NCBI GenBank assembly: GCA_030608465.1
Contig: JAUWEC010000003.1
Location: 1-46,941 of the forward strand
Reading direction: 5' to 3'
DNA from: Chloroflexota bacterium
GTDB lineage: Bacteria > Chloroflexota > Anaerolineae > Anaerolineales > UBA11858
Length of the DNA stretch: 46,941 nt
Under the pieces are notes generated by a model. The model searched no databases. It saw only the letters and a program-made list of their open reading frames with translations, and had not been told where the DNA came from. Made by a program: the position numbers and the translations under genes. Positions 16,973 through 26,468 of this stretch are shown one piece after another; position 1 is the first letter of the stretch, and every line of letters begins with the position of its first letter.

Positions 16973-18198
16973 CGTTTTTTCTTTCCTTCCAATGCCTTTA
17001 ATAGGTCGTCGGCTTCTTCAGGAGAGATTTTTTTCTCTTGAAGCATTTCCAGGATCATCAAGCGTTCGCTATCTGACACTGACTTTTTATCAATTTGTGA
17101 TGCAAAGAATTGATCCAGATCAAAATCCCTGGTTTTCCTTTTCATTTTTTGTGCTTTCCGTTGGGCTTTGGCGATACTCTTTTCTACCTTTGCCTGGGCT
17201 TTTACTGCCGCCAACTCTGCCTTTTGGACTGCCAGACGACTGCCTTCCTCGATTTGAATTTTGATCTGCTGCAGGTTCTCTTCAGATAAACCGGCTGATT
17301 CCATTGAATCAGACAGGCCAGATAAGGATTCCCTCAGATCAGCTTCAAAATGACGGAGATGGTTTTTTATTTGCTCAGCAGTCTGTGCTGAAAAATCAAC
17401 TGCAATATTTTCGAATTGTTCCGCGTTTATCTGGAGTGGCGATAACCAGCTGAAATTGTCGCTTGTTATAAATACGCTTCCACCTGCGGAAAGCATGATC
17501 GATGGACCTCCCTCACCGAGCTGTTTGGTGAAGTTCTTGTCGTTTACCTTTTCATCGATGCTGCCCAGTTTCACGGTTATATCTTTTTTTCCGCTCTCAA
17601 TTGAAAGCTCAGCATTACTGTCCTCTGGTACGGCAATAGATATATCGCCGCCAGCTGTGATACTGTATGCCTGCCAGGGAACCGGAGAAAAATTGACCTG
17701 GCCGTCTCCTCCTGCCAGAGCTTCAATACCGCCGGCCACTTTTTCGATCTGGATGTCTTTTCCGACCTGTTGAAGGGACAGCTGTCCTTTTACATTGTTG
17801 ATTAGACAGTCCTTACCCACATTTTCTATCACTAAATCTCCCTGGATGCGTTTCGCAAACAGATCACCGCCGACAGATTTTACATTTGATGGGCTGACAT
17901 CACTGAGTATGAGATCACCACCCACTGAGGAAATCTGAATCGGACTGCCGATTCCCTTAATCACCGCATCCTTGCCAACGGACTCGATAGTGACTGGCAA
18001 GTGATGGGGTAGATGGACAATGCCGTCATTTGGAAAGGTAATCTCAATCCGGTCTTTTTCTTTGCTGAATGAATCCTGCTTTGAAGGATCTTTGATCCGA
18101 ATCTCATCACGGTTCCAACCCGTCAGGTACAGGCTGCCTCCGGTGCTGATAATCACCAGCTGGGAGATATCATCAATAGGGATTGTATGTTGTGCCAT
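16969..18198 (-). CDS. DUF4097/adhesin-like beta-repeat protein with coiled coil and C-terminal SHOCT-like domain
   Basis: Repeated (S/N)VG(G/K)D motifs; C-terminal ERLMILEMLQEKKISPEEA..LL.AL. Confidence 0.75.
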   Translation of the reverse strand: MAQHTIPIDDISQLVIISTGGSLYLTGWNRDEIRIKDPSKQDSFSKEKDRIEITFPNDGIVHLPHHLPVTIESVGKDAVIKGIGSPIQISSVGGDLILSDVSPSNVKSVGGDLFAKRIQGDLVIENVGKDCLINNVKGQLSLQQVGKDIQIEKVAGGIEALAGGDGQVNFSPVPWQAYSITAGGDISIAVPEDSNAELSIESGKKDITVKLGSIDEKVNDKNFTKQLGEGGPSIMLSAGGSVFITSDNFSWLSPLQINAEQFENIAVDFSAQTAEQIKNHLRHFEADLRESLSGLSDSMESAGLSEENLQQIKIQIEEGSRLAVQKAELAAVKAQAKVEKSIAKAQRKAQKMKRKTRDFDLDQFFASQIDKKSVSDSERLMILEMLQEKKISPEEADDLLKALEGKKKR

Positions 18199-18203
18199 AG
18201 TCC

Positions 18204-18590
18204 TTATTTCTCCTCGTCTTTCAGCTGTTTGATGGCATCCTCATAACTAATTTTCCCGTCATCCAGGTCGTTCAGAATGCTCTGCCGTTCTTTTTCAGAT
18301 AACTCGGGAATTTCCTCTTGACCACCGGGTTCGTATCCAAGCGCCCGGATGACGTCATGCAGCAGCTTGCGAATTGTGGGGTAGGAATACCCAAGTTCCT
18401 TTTCCATATGGGTGATTTTGCCTTCCAACCTGACGAAAGTTTCTACAAAATCCATTTGTTCTGGAGTTAGCTGCGAGAAAGTGCGGGAAGTAAAACGGCC
18501 TTCAATGGTTGTATTGCAATCAAGGCAATTAATCTGGGTTACAATAACTTCTCCACCACAGATGGGGCATTGTGAGGGTAATGCATGCAT
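18204..18590 (-). CDS. DUF2089-family Zn-ribbon/HTH regulator
   Basis: CPICG...C..C.T.IEG.F; F...EG....MEKELGYSYPTIR; C-terminal SHOCT-like helix. Confidence 0.88.
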   Translation of the reverse strand: MHALPSQCPICGGEVIVTQINCLDCNTTIEGRFTSRTFSQLTPEQMDFVETFVRLEGKITHMEKELGYSYPTIRKLLHDVIRALGYEPGGQEEIPELSEKERQSILNDLDDGKISYEDAIKQLKDEEK

Positions 18591-18622
18591 GATCGGATCT
18601 CCTTTTTCGGAATAAAAAAATT

Positions 18623-18814
18623 CTATTGGGCTGTTTGATAACGGTTGATAATTTGTTGACCAGACTCAATTAATAATCTGCCAATCGTGATGAATATTAT
18701 GGCAGTCCATGGATCTGGTTTTTCCAGCAATTTCACCAGCCGGGAATAAGCTGCCTGTCTGTGAAGCTCCGTTTCATTGGTTTTAAACTCGTGTAAAGTT
18801 ACTGTAAACATCAC
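18623..18814 (-). CDS. Small hypothetical protein heading the DUF2089 operon
   Basis: 63 aa, GGGAGG RBS, lies directly after a sigma70 promoter. Confidence 0.55.
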   Translation of the reverse strand: MMFTVTLHEFKTNETELHRQAAYSRLVKLLEKPDPWTAIIFITIGRLLIESGQQIINRYQTAQ

Positions 18815-18847
18815 TGCCTCCCGTGGGGGATTATGAACAATACTTAC

Positions 18848-18875
18848 AGTATATCAAAATAATTCAGTTTGTCAA
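18848..18875 (-). promoter_or_regulatory. Sigma70 promoter of the DUF2089 operon
   Basis: Minus strand TTGACA-N16-TATACT with extended TG. Confidence 0.7.
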
Positions 18876-19025
18876 GAGAAAAAATAAGAAATATTGAACA
18901 ACTTATTAATATTATTGAATTGTCTTGATATGCTTAGCTTCTAAGCAGGTCAAAATGAGAAAAATTCCCTTTAAAGAACCAGCGTACTTTTTTTATTTCT
19001 TTGAGTCGAAATAGAAAAAACAACC

Positions 19026-20522
19026 CTAGGGAGTGATCTTCCGTGCGCTGAGCAGACTTTTTTCTTCTGCTTTCCCGCTGGCAATAACGGTCTCGGTAAA
19101 TCGGGTCAGGGTGCCCAAATATTCTGCTGCTCCATCATGAGCAATCCACCCGTCCAAATTGAAGGGTATAGTGCCTGAAGCGGGAATCCATTCCCCGTTG
19201 TACTTGCGGGCAATATGAATGTGAGAGCCGGTGCTTTCACCACCTTCGCAGGAAGGATGGCCGAGGAGATCTCCTGCTTCAACCGATGCTCCTTTTCGGG
19301 CTTTATCCTGGGTTCCTAGGTGGAGATATAAAATCACCCATCCAGTGAGTGTATCTCCATCGCCATCTAGGTCCAGCTCAATCAGGCCAGTATCTGATCT
19401 GGCAATAATCCCGGGTGCAACTGCTACAGCCCATTCACTGGTTATTTCACAACCGCCTGTTTCACTCGGAGGGGCAAAATCCAGCGCAGCCCAGGGATCT
19501 CCCTGCCCCCAACCGGTATGGGGACCTCCCGTGAAAGCCCAGGTCTTTCCACTTTCGAATGGAAGCCGCAGAGTCGGCTGTCTTAAACTTCCAGGAATAT
19601 GAGGCTCGCAATTCCAGGGATCCTCAAAATATGACTGATATATTTTCAGGAATCCATCCGGGCTGATTGTGTAGTCATATAATGCTTTAGGTTCCAGCTG
19701 GGAGAAGTAATACTGTAGGGCAACCGTCGCCGCATTTTGCCAGGGATCCGGATGCTCAATGGTTTGATCAAGGTACTCCAGTGTATCCAGATGGTTGACC
19801 AACCATCCGTAATATCCTTGGTTCAGAGAATTTGCAGCCCAAACTAACTGGATATATAAACCATGATAACCGGTTTTAACATAACCTAAAGGGTAATCCT
19901 CTAAATCATCAGGGGGTATGGGATTGCTTAACGCGCCGGTTTGATATTCCAATAAAGTCAGCAGCACTCGGGGACTGATGCTGAAACTTGTAGAAACATA
20001 GGAGACGATCTCTGCCCCACTGCGTTGCTGTTCAGCGGTATACTGTTGGTGATTTTTTAACCAACCGGGTTGAGACTCTACAAATTCTGTTACGTTGAAT
20101 CCAATTTGGGCAGGTCCATTAATAAAGGCGCAGTTAGGGAGGATTTGAAACTGAGATCCCCAGAGCGCTTCATAATAGATTGGGATCTGCATGGGCAAAC
20201 CTGGCGGGAGGGTTGTTGCTCCTTCTGGGATGATCGAATTTTCTGCCAGGATTTCCTCTACCGTTGTGTTAAACCTGAAAGCAAGATTAGATAATGTATC
20301 ACCGGATTGGGCGGTATAGTCCACTAATTCTCCGGGTGAATAAACTGGACGCTCTGACACCGGCCTGGGAGAGATGGTTGGGGTTGGCGTTATCGTGGGG
20401 AACTGAGTAGTAACCGGGTCCGGTATTTGCGGCAAGCAGGCGGAAAGCAGAAAAGCCAGGATCCAAAAACACTGAATCAGAAGTTTGGCTTGATTTCGAA
20501 TAAAATCTTGGAAGCGGGACAT
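19026..20522 (-). CDS. LysM + M23 (LasA-like) peptidase lipoprotein, paralog 3
   Basis: LSAC lipobox, TP-rich linker, LysM (YTAQSGDTL), SISPRVLL..LEYQ, GGPH-x12-D, YLH, HIH. Confidence 0.85.
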   Translation of the reverse strand: MSRFQDFIRNQAKLLIQCFWILAFLLSACLPQIPDPVTTQFPTITPTPTISPRPVSERPVYSPGELVDYTAQSGDTLSNLAFRFNTTVEEILAENSIIPEGATTLPPGLPMQIPIYYEALWGSQFQILPNCAFINGPAQIGFNVTEFVESQPGWLKNHQQYTAEQQRSGAEIVSYVSTSFSISPRVLLTLLEYQTGALSNPIPPDDLEDYPLGYVKTGYHGLYIQLVWAANSLNQGYYGWLVNHLDTLEYLDQTIEHPDPWQNAATVALQYYFSQLEPKALYDYTISPDGFLKIYQSYFEDPWNCEPHIPGSLRQPTLRLPFESGKTWAFTGGPHTGWGQGDPWAALDFAPPSETGGCEITSEWAVAVAPGIIARSDTGLIELDLDGDGDTLTGWVILYLHLGTQDKARKGASVEAGDLLGHPSCEGGESTGSHIHIARKYNGEWIPASGTIPFNLDGWIAHDGAAEYLGTLTRFTETVIASGKAEEKSLLSARKITP

Positions 20523-20534
20523 AGGTTTTCTATT

Positions 20535-22112
20535 TTACCGCTTAATTTGGCTTCCTGGAGCACTGTAAGGGCTGGCAGTGACGATACCTTCACCGGGTTT
20601 AGTGAGGCTTCCTTTATAAGCTGAAACACCATTATGCACTGTCCATCCACTTAAAAGAAAAGGAATCGGACCATCGGCTGTCATCCATTCCCCATTGTAT
20701 TTCCGCGCCATGTGGACATGGGTGCCGGTTGAAATACCACCTTCACAGGAAGGATGCCCCAGTTTGTCTCCGGAATTGACCTCATCACCCGCGTTTACAA
20801 GCCGTCCAGTAGTAGCTATATGGAGGTATAACAACACCCAGCCGGAATGCTCATTATTGTTGTAATCCAAGTTGATGGTCACTATGCCATCTTCTGCCCT
20901 GACGACCAATCCTGGCGCGGATGCTGTTACATAGGCGTAGGATTGTGAACACTCGCCTTTAAATCCAGAAGGGGCAAAATCAATTGCAGACCAGGAACCT
21001 TCCCGTTCCCAGGCCCCATGGGGGCCCCCGGTATAGTTCCAAACAGTACCCAGGGTGAAAGGCAGTTGAAGATTGGGCTGGACCAGATTGTGGGAAAAAA
21101 GGGGTTCATACTGCGTTCGATTTTCTGAGGAACCAAACATTTCTGCATAAGTTGTGATAAAGCCAGTATCATTATCCAGCGCCTGGATCCATTCATCACT
21201 TTCATGAATCTGTGAGAAAAAATACTGGAGGGCTACAGTTCCGGCGTTCAGGCTGGGCTCAATCCGGGCTGTTACATCACTAGAGGGGTTTTGGGAATTC
21301 CTAATTACAATCTCAGTCAATCGTCCTTCCCGCCAACCATAATAGCCTATCGAGAGCTGGTTGACCGCCCACCGAAGTTGATGTACGAGACCATCGTCAT
21401 CGTAATCTATGTGCCCCAGGGGATATTTCAGCTGGGCAAGGTTTTGAGGTTGACCAAATACCCAATGACTCTGGTATTCCAACAGGGCAAGCAGCAGAAA
21501 AGGATTGATGGAATTGTTTTGCGCAATCTGTTTAACAATCTCTCCCCCGCTGGTTAAGGTCGTGTGTTCATATTCTCGTGGTTTACTTAAATAGCCCCCG
21601 GCCTGTTCCACAAAACTGACCACATCAGAAGGAAAATCGGAATCCGTGATTGCTCGGGAATAAACAAATTCGCTATCTGGCAGCAGATGTACATCAGAGG
21701 TCGTATTGATTAATACCTGAGGAATAATCAGTAGGGTTCCCGGGTTGATAAAGGAAGTTTCAGGCAAAGTTACATTGGATTTGATTTGATCTTTCCCCAC
21801 GCCAAAATGGGTGGCAACAACAGCCATTGTGTCACCGGCTTGGGCATGGTAAACAATGGGTTCCCGCTCGACATTGGGCGTAGGCACTAATGTTTCTGTA
21901 GGTGGAATGAATACAGTTGGGGTCGGATAAAATTCAGCTGTGGGAGTTGCTGAATATATAAGGTCAGGTACTTGAGTTGGAGGCGGATCCGGGTTGGGTG
22001 TCACTGGCGTTGGGGTGTACCCCACGGGAGGGATAAAAACGGGAGGGTTTATTTGATATAAATTGCATCCCGTCAAGGAGAGCATGAGTAATAAAATGAT
22101 AATTCGTTTCAC
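20535..22112 (-). CDS. LysM + M23 (LasA-like) peptidase lipoprotein, paralog 2
   Basis: LTGC lipobox, LysM (YHAQAGDTM), SINPFLLL..LEYQS, GGPH-x12-D, YLH, HVH. Confidence 0.85.
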   Translation of the reverse strand: MKRIIILLLMLSLTGCNLYQINPPVFIPPVGYTPTPVTPNPDPPPTQVPDLIYSATPTAEFYPTPTVFIPPTETLVPTPNVEREPIVYHAQAGDTMAVVATHFGVGKDQIKSNVTLPETSFINPGTLLIIPQVLINTTSDVHLLPDSEFVYSRAITDSDFPSDVVSFVEQAGGYLSKPREYEHTTLTSGGEIVKQIAQNNSINPFLLLALLEYQSHWVFGQPQNLAQLKYPLGHIDYDDDGLVHQLRWAVNQLSIGYYGWREGRLTEIVIRNSQNPSSDVTARIEPSLNAGTVALQYFFSQIHESDEWIQALDNDTGFITTYAEMFGSSENRTQYEPLFSHNLVQPNLQLPFTLGTVWNYTGGPHGAWEREGSWSAIDFAPSGFKGECSQSYAYVTASAPGLVVRAEDGIVTINLDYNNNEHSGWVLLYLHIATTGRLVNAGDEVNSGDKLGHPSCEGGISTGTHVHMARKYNGEWMTADGPIPFLLSGWTVHNGVSAYKGSLTKPGEGIVTASPYSAPGSQIKR

Positions 22113-22118
22113 TGGTTT

Positions 22119-23624
22119 TTACCGTTGAATGTGATTGTAATCAGTATTGGTATCTTCAGCCCGAATCACTTGTTCACCGCGAGTCATTATGCCCTGATAA
22201 GCAAATCCCAAACCTTGGGAAACCCAGCCGTCCATGATAAAAGAGATATCCTGATCAGCGGGAATCCATTCTCCATTATACCGTCGGGCAATGTGAAGGT
22301 GAGTTCCGGTAGAGATTCCTCCTTCACAGGACGGATGTCCAATTCGGTCTCCCGCCTTTATACGGGATCCAGTCTTAACCCGGTCTCGGGTTTCAATATG
22401 CATATACAGGATAGACCACCCGGTCTGACTGTATGGATCTCCATCCAGACTTTGGACAACGGCACCGTGATCAGACCGGACGATTATGCCATCTGCTACC
22501 GCAACTACCCATGCATTGCTGCTACTGCAGCCTACATCACCGGGAATTGGTGCAAAATCAAGTGCCGCCCAGGCAGAACCGGTATCCCATCCGCCGTGGG
22601 GTCCTCCGGAGAATAACCAAGTTACACCGTCTTCGAATGGCAGCTGAAGCTGGGGTTGGGTTAGACCTTCGGGTACAAGGGGAGAAAATGTGTAATCAAA
22701 GGGATAGCCGAACAGGCTAGAATAGGTAGAAAAGAAGCCTTCCTCTGATACGGCAGATAACCAATTCTTGTAAGGGAGGAGCCGCGAAAACAAATGCTGC
22801 ACGCCTGCTGATCCGGCATTGATGGTCGCGTTTATGGGAACGTTAATCCCATCAGTCATTGTCCAGGTACCGATTCCTCTAACTTTCCAGAGGTAGTAAC
22901 CCCGATTCAGTTCGTCCGCTGCCCAGGCTAACTGTCGGTACAACCCCTCATATCCTGCTTCTTTATGATTTAGCGGGTAGGGATTGTCTTTATCGCTCCG
23001 CGTTGTTACCCACTGACTTTGATATTCGATCAGGGCAATCAGAAGGCGGGGATTTATGGAATAATCTTCGGAGATACGCTGGACAATTTCAGATCCAGTC
23101 TGAGATTCACCGTTTACTTCTTCCTGATAATCTTTTAAATACCCCGACTGGTTATTGATATATGAAACTGTATGAAAACGGACTGTATAAGGACTATGAA
23201 CTAATTCAGAGTCAGGTATTAATTTAAAACCAGGCCCCGTATCCTTTATATCAGGTGCAGGCAGCAGCAATGCCTGTCCGGTATAGATTAGACTGGGGTT
23301 GGCAATCTCGTTTGCGTCAATAATTTGTTGAGGGAGCAAATTATTCTGGTAAGCGATGGACTTTAATGTATCTCCCCACTGAACAATATAGGTAATATCT
23401 TCTGTGCGCAACGGTGGAAGTAGTTTAGGAGCGCTTGGCGTAGGGGTATAAATCGGCTGATCTGGAATTCTGGTTGGAGGTATGTAAGGATCCGCGGTGG
23501 CTTCTGGTTCAGAATCTGATTTCACTTTGGAAAAATTTATGTAGGGTGCTGTATGCGCCTGCTTGGTGCAGGCACTGACCATTAAAACCAATAAACTGAG
23601 GAAGAATCGCCTTGAAGTAGCCAT
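22119..23624 (-). CDS. LysM + M23 (LasA-like) peptidase lipoprotein, paralog 1
   Basis: SRRFFL...VSAC signal, LysM (YIVQWGDTL..IA), SINPRLLI..IEYQS, GGPH-x12-D, YMH, HLH. Confidence 0.85.
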   Translation of the reverse strand: MATSRRFFLSLLVLMVSACTKQAHTAPYINFSKVKSDSEPEATADPYIPPTRIPDQPIYTPTPSAPKLLPPLRTEDITYIVQWGDTLKSIAYQNNLLPQQIIDANEIANPSLIYTGQALLLPAPDIKDTGPGFKLIPDSELVHSPYTVRFHTVSYINNQSGYLKDYQEEVNGESQTGSEIVQRISEDYSINPRLLIALIEYQSQWVTTRSDKDNPYPLNHKEAGYEGLYRQLAWAADELNRGYYLWKVRGIGTWTMTDGINVPINATINAGSAGVQHLFSRLLPYKNWLSAVSEEGFFSTYSSLFGYPFDYTFSPLVPEGLTQPQLQLPFEDGVTWLFSGGPHGGWDTGSAWAALDFAPIPGDVGCSSSNAWVVAVADGIIVRSDHGAVVQSLDGDPYSQTGWSILYMHIETRDRVKTGSRIKAGDRIGHPSCEGGISTGTHLHIARRYNGEWIPADQDISFIMDGWVSQGLGFAYQGIMTRGEQVIRAEDTNTDYNHIQR

Positions 23625-23914
23625 ATCACTGGGTACATTTTACCTTTAAGTGAGGTTTTGCCAGTCTAAAAACCAGCTGCTGAGTTAAGGTTGCAAGAAC
23701 AATGCCATTCAGAGCAGCCTACGATCATGCTCATTGGATAATAGAAGATTATGATATTATGTCGGATTGAAGTTAATAATATTTTTGATTGATAACAATA
23801 ATCGTTTGATATTTTCAAATATACTTTACTGGAAACAAGGTTTCGCTTATGATTAGGAAAATTACTGTGATTAGTTACGGTAAATTAAATATGCCTGGGA
23901 GGAACCAGCCATAA

Positions 23915-24643
23915 ATGAAAGTATTAATCATATCTGACATACATGGGAATCGCACAGCTCTGGAAGCTGTACTGGAAGACGCTGGTGCGGTAGATGCTGT
24001 TTGGTGTTTGGGCGATATCATCGGTTATGGTCCCGACCCGAATGATTGTGTATCGATTGTCCGGGATCTTCCTAATTTGATCTGCTTGCGGGGGAATCAT
24101 GATAGTGCGGTGATTGGTCTAACTGAAAATGTTAAATTTAACTACTCAGCCCAAAAAGTGCTGGCGTGGACAGACGAACAACTCAATCCGGTTCACCGGC
24201 AATATTTACAGAGTCTTTCTCCGCAGGCTGAAGTTGATGATGTAACGCTGGTTCACGGAAGCCCCCGGGACCCAATTTGGGAATACATCATGGATGTCTA
24301 CACTGCAACAGCAAATTTCGATTATTTTAAAACACCTTATTGTTTTGTAGGACATTCTCATCTTCCCGTAATGTACTATATGAAGAATGGGAAAGAACTG
24401 GCATCCGTAAACTTTGTTTATCCAGGGGATAAAACCCTGCTCCCTGAAAACACCATAGTGAATCCCGGATCAGTTGGACAGCCAAGGGATCATGATCCCC
24501 GGGCAGCTTACACAATCTATGATACCGAGGAAAAGACTTGGGCGCAGCATCGGGTTACGTATGATGTTGCAGATGTCCAGCAAAGGATGACATTGGCTGG
24601 ATTGCCAACTGAATACATTCAACGGTTGGATTTGGGATGGTAG
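23915..24643 (+). CDS. Calcineurin-like metallophosphoesterase
   Basis: SDIHGN, LGDIIGYG, RGNHD, HGSP, GHSH, NPGSVGQPRD. Confidence 0.92.
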   Translation: MKVLIISDIHGNRTALEAVLEDAGAVDAVWCLGDIIGYGPDPNDCVSIVRDLPNLICLRGNHDSAVIGLTENVKFNYSAQKVLAWTDEQLNPVHRQYLQSLSPQAEVDDVTLVHGSPRDPIWEYIMDVYTATANFDYFKTPYCFVGHSHLPVMYYMKNGKELASVNFVYPGDKTLLPENTIVNPGSVGQPRDHDPRAAYTIYDTEEKTWAQHRVTYDVADVQQRMTLAGLPTEYIQRLDLGW

Positions 24644-24673
24644 GGAACTTTTCTAACAGATTTAGCGTCTTAA
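24643..24673 (+). promoter_or_regulatory. ECF-sigma-type promoter (copy 2)
   Basis: GGGAACTTTT-N13-CGTCTTAA. Confidence 0.65.
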
Positions 24674-24708
24674 GGGTGAAAAGTACACCTAAGAAAGGAG
24701 ATATGCTC

Positions 24709-25662
24709 ATGAGGAAACAATTAATTTTCTTGTCCGTTCTGGCCATTCTCTTATCTTCCTGTGCTGTGGGCAGTGCCGGATATGACTCCGAAGTTTTACT
24801 GGAAAGTGGAGCTCCCATGGCCAAGGGGATGGAATATACTGGTGACTCCTATTATGGTGAGGCTGAAAATTCAATCACCTCAGCATCCTACCAGGACCAG
24901 GGGATCCGAACTCAAGCAACCCAAGCCAGAATGGTAATTAAGAATGCATCCCTGTCAATTGTTGTTGAAGATCCGGGAGCAACTCTTGATGCCATCAGCG
25001 ATCTCGCTGCTGATTTGGGAGGATTTGTAGTAACCTCCAATCTGTACCGGATACAGGTAGATGGTGGTCTGGAAGTTCCCCAGGCCAATATAACAATCCG
25101 AGTACCTGCTGAGAAATTGGATCAGGCTTTAGCTGATATAAAATCAGGTGCAGGTCAGATTCTGAATGAAAACATCTCGGGGCAGGATGTAACTCAGGAA
25201 TATACTGATTTGGAATCCAGGTTGAGAAATCTAGAGAATGCGGAACAGCAGCTAACCAAGATCATGGAACAAGCCTATGAGACAGAGGATGTGTTAAGCG
25301 TCTACAACCGCTTGGTTGAGGTACAGGAACAAATAGAATTGATTAAAGGACAAATGCAATATTATGAGCAGTCTGCCTCTTTGTCCGCTATATCTGTAAA
25401 TATCCAGGCAAATGAGGCAGTACAGCCTCTCAAAATTGGGAATTGGCAGCCAGTTGGTGTAGCGAAACGAGCGATACAGGCTCTTATCAATACCCTGGAA
25501 TTTATTGCCAACCTTTTGATCTGGATTGTATTGTACATCCTCCCGGTTGTGCTAGTCCTGTATTTTCCTGTCCGCTGGATTTGGAAAGGACTGAAACGGT
25601 TATTTACCCGGAGGAAAAAGAAAAAGAATCAGGACAAAACTTCTGGAGAAAAGGAAAAATAG
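24709..25662 (+). CDS. DUF4349-family lipoprotein
   Basis: ATG 24709 after AAGGAG; LSSC lipobox; RMVIKNASL, ITIRVPA, DVTQEYTDLESRL coiled coil, C-terminal TM. Confidence 0.85.
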   Translation: MRKQLIFLSVLAILLSSCAVGSAGYDSEVLLESGAPMAKGMEYTGDSYYGEAENSITSASYQDQGIRTQATQARMVIKNASLSIVVEDPGATLDAISDLAADLGGFVVTSNLYRIQVDGGLEVPQANITIRVPAEKLDQALADIKSGAGQILNENISGQDVTQEYTDLESRLRNLENAEQQLTKIMEQAYETEDVLSVYNRLVEVQEQIELIKGQMQYYEQSASLSAISVNIQANEAVQPLKIGNWQPVGVAKRAIQALINTLEFIANLLIWIVLYILPVVLVLYFPVRWIWKGLKRLFTRRKKKKNQDKTSGEKEK

Positions 25663-25679
25663 TCTCTGAAAAGGCAATA

Positions 25680-25720
25680 AATAAAAGTCTGATTTCCGGA
25701 TTAGAAATCAGACTTTTATT
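25680..25720 (+). terminator. Terminator-like hairpin
   Basis: AATAAAAGTCTGATTTC / GAAATCAGACTTTTATT, 17-bp inverted repeat. Confidence 0.7.
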
Positions 25721-25757
25721 ATTCCTACGCTAAAGAATCCTTTATAATTCACATCAG

Positions 25758-26468
25758 ATGGAAACCTTAAAGACGGAAACTCAGAACTTGATCGGGATAG
25801 CTCTCAGTTCTTACCAATTATCCCTCCTGGACCGGTATAGACAGGAGCTGGATGAATGGAATGACAGGTTTAATCTCACCGCGATTCATGAACCGGAAAA
25901 GATCCGGGTAAAGCATTTTTTAGATTCCTTTAGTCCCTATCTGGTCATCCAAAACACATCTATAAACCGGTTGATTGATATCGGTACCGGAGCGGGTTTT
26001 CCCGGTATTCCATTAAAGATACTGCTGCCAGATACTGAAGTGGTTCTAGTAGATTCTATAAATAAAAAAACCGAGTTTTGCCAGCATATCATAGACAGTT
26101 TGAATTTAAAGGGAATTCAGGTAATCCAGGAACGAGTAGAGCGCCTCGCCCGGGATGTGGAATTCAGGGAAAAATTTGATTGGGCAGTAGCAAGGGCGGT
26201 TGCCAAGCTTTCCACGCTCAGTGAGTACATGCTCCCGTTTGTTAAAATCGGCGGAAATATGCTGGCGATGAAAGGGGATCAAGGTCCGTCTGAAGCCCAA
26301 AAAGCCCACCAGGTAGTAGGGTTATTGGGGGGTGAATTAACCCAGATAAAAAAAGTAACGCTTCCGGGAGTAACTGAAGACAGGTTCTTAATTACGATAG
26401 TAAAGAAAGCTTCAACCCCCGAGAAGTATCCCCGGCGGGTGGGCGTGCCCAGTAAAAAACCTCTCTGA
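25758..26468 (+). CDS. rsmG: 16S rRNA m7G527 methyltransferase
   Basis: WN..FNLTAI, KHFLDS, DIGTGAGFPG, ARAVA, YPRR.G.P.KKPL. Confidence 0.95.
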   Translation: METLKTETQNLIGIALSSYQLSLLDRYRQELDEWNDRFNLTAIHEPEKIRVKHFLDSFSPYLVIQNTSINRLIDIGTGAGFPGIPLKILLPDTEVVLVDSINKKTEFCQHIIDSLNLKGIQVIQERVERLARDVEFREKFDWAVARAVAKLSTLSEYMLPFVKIGGNMLAMKGDQGPSEAQKAHQVVGLLGGELTQIKKVTLPGVTEDRFLITIVKKASTPEKYPRRVGVPSKKPL

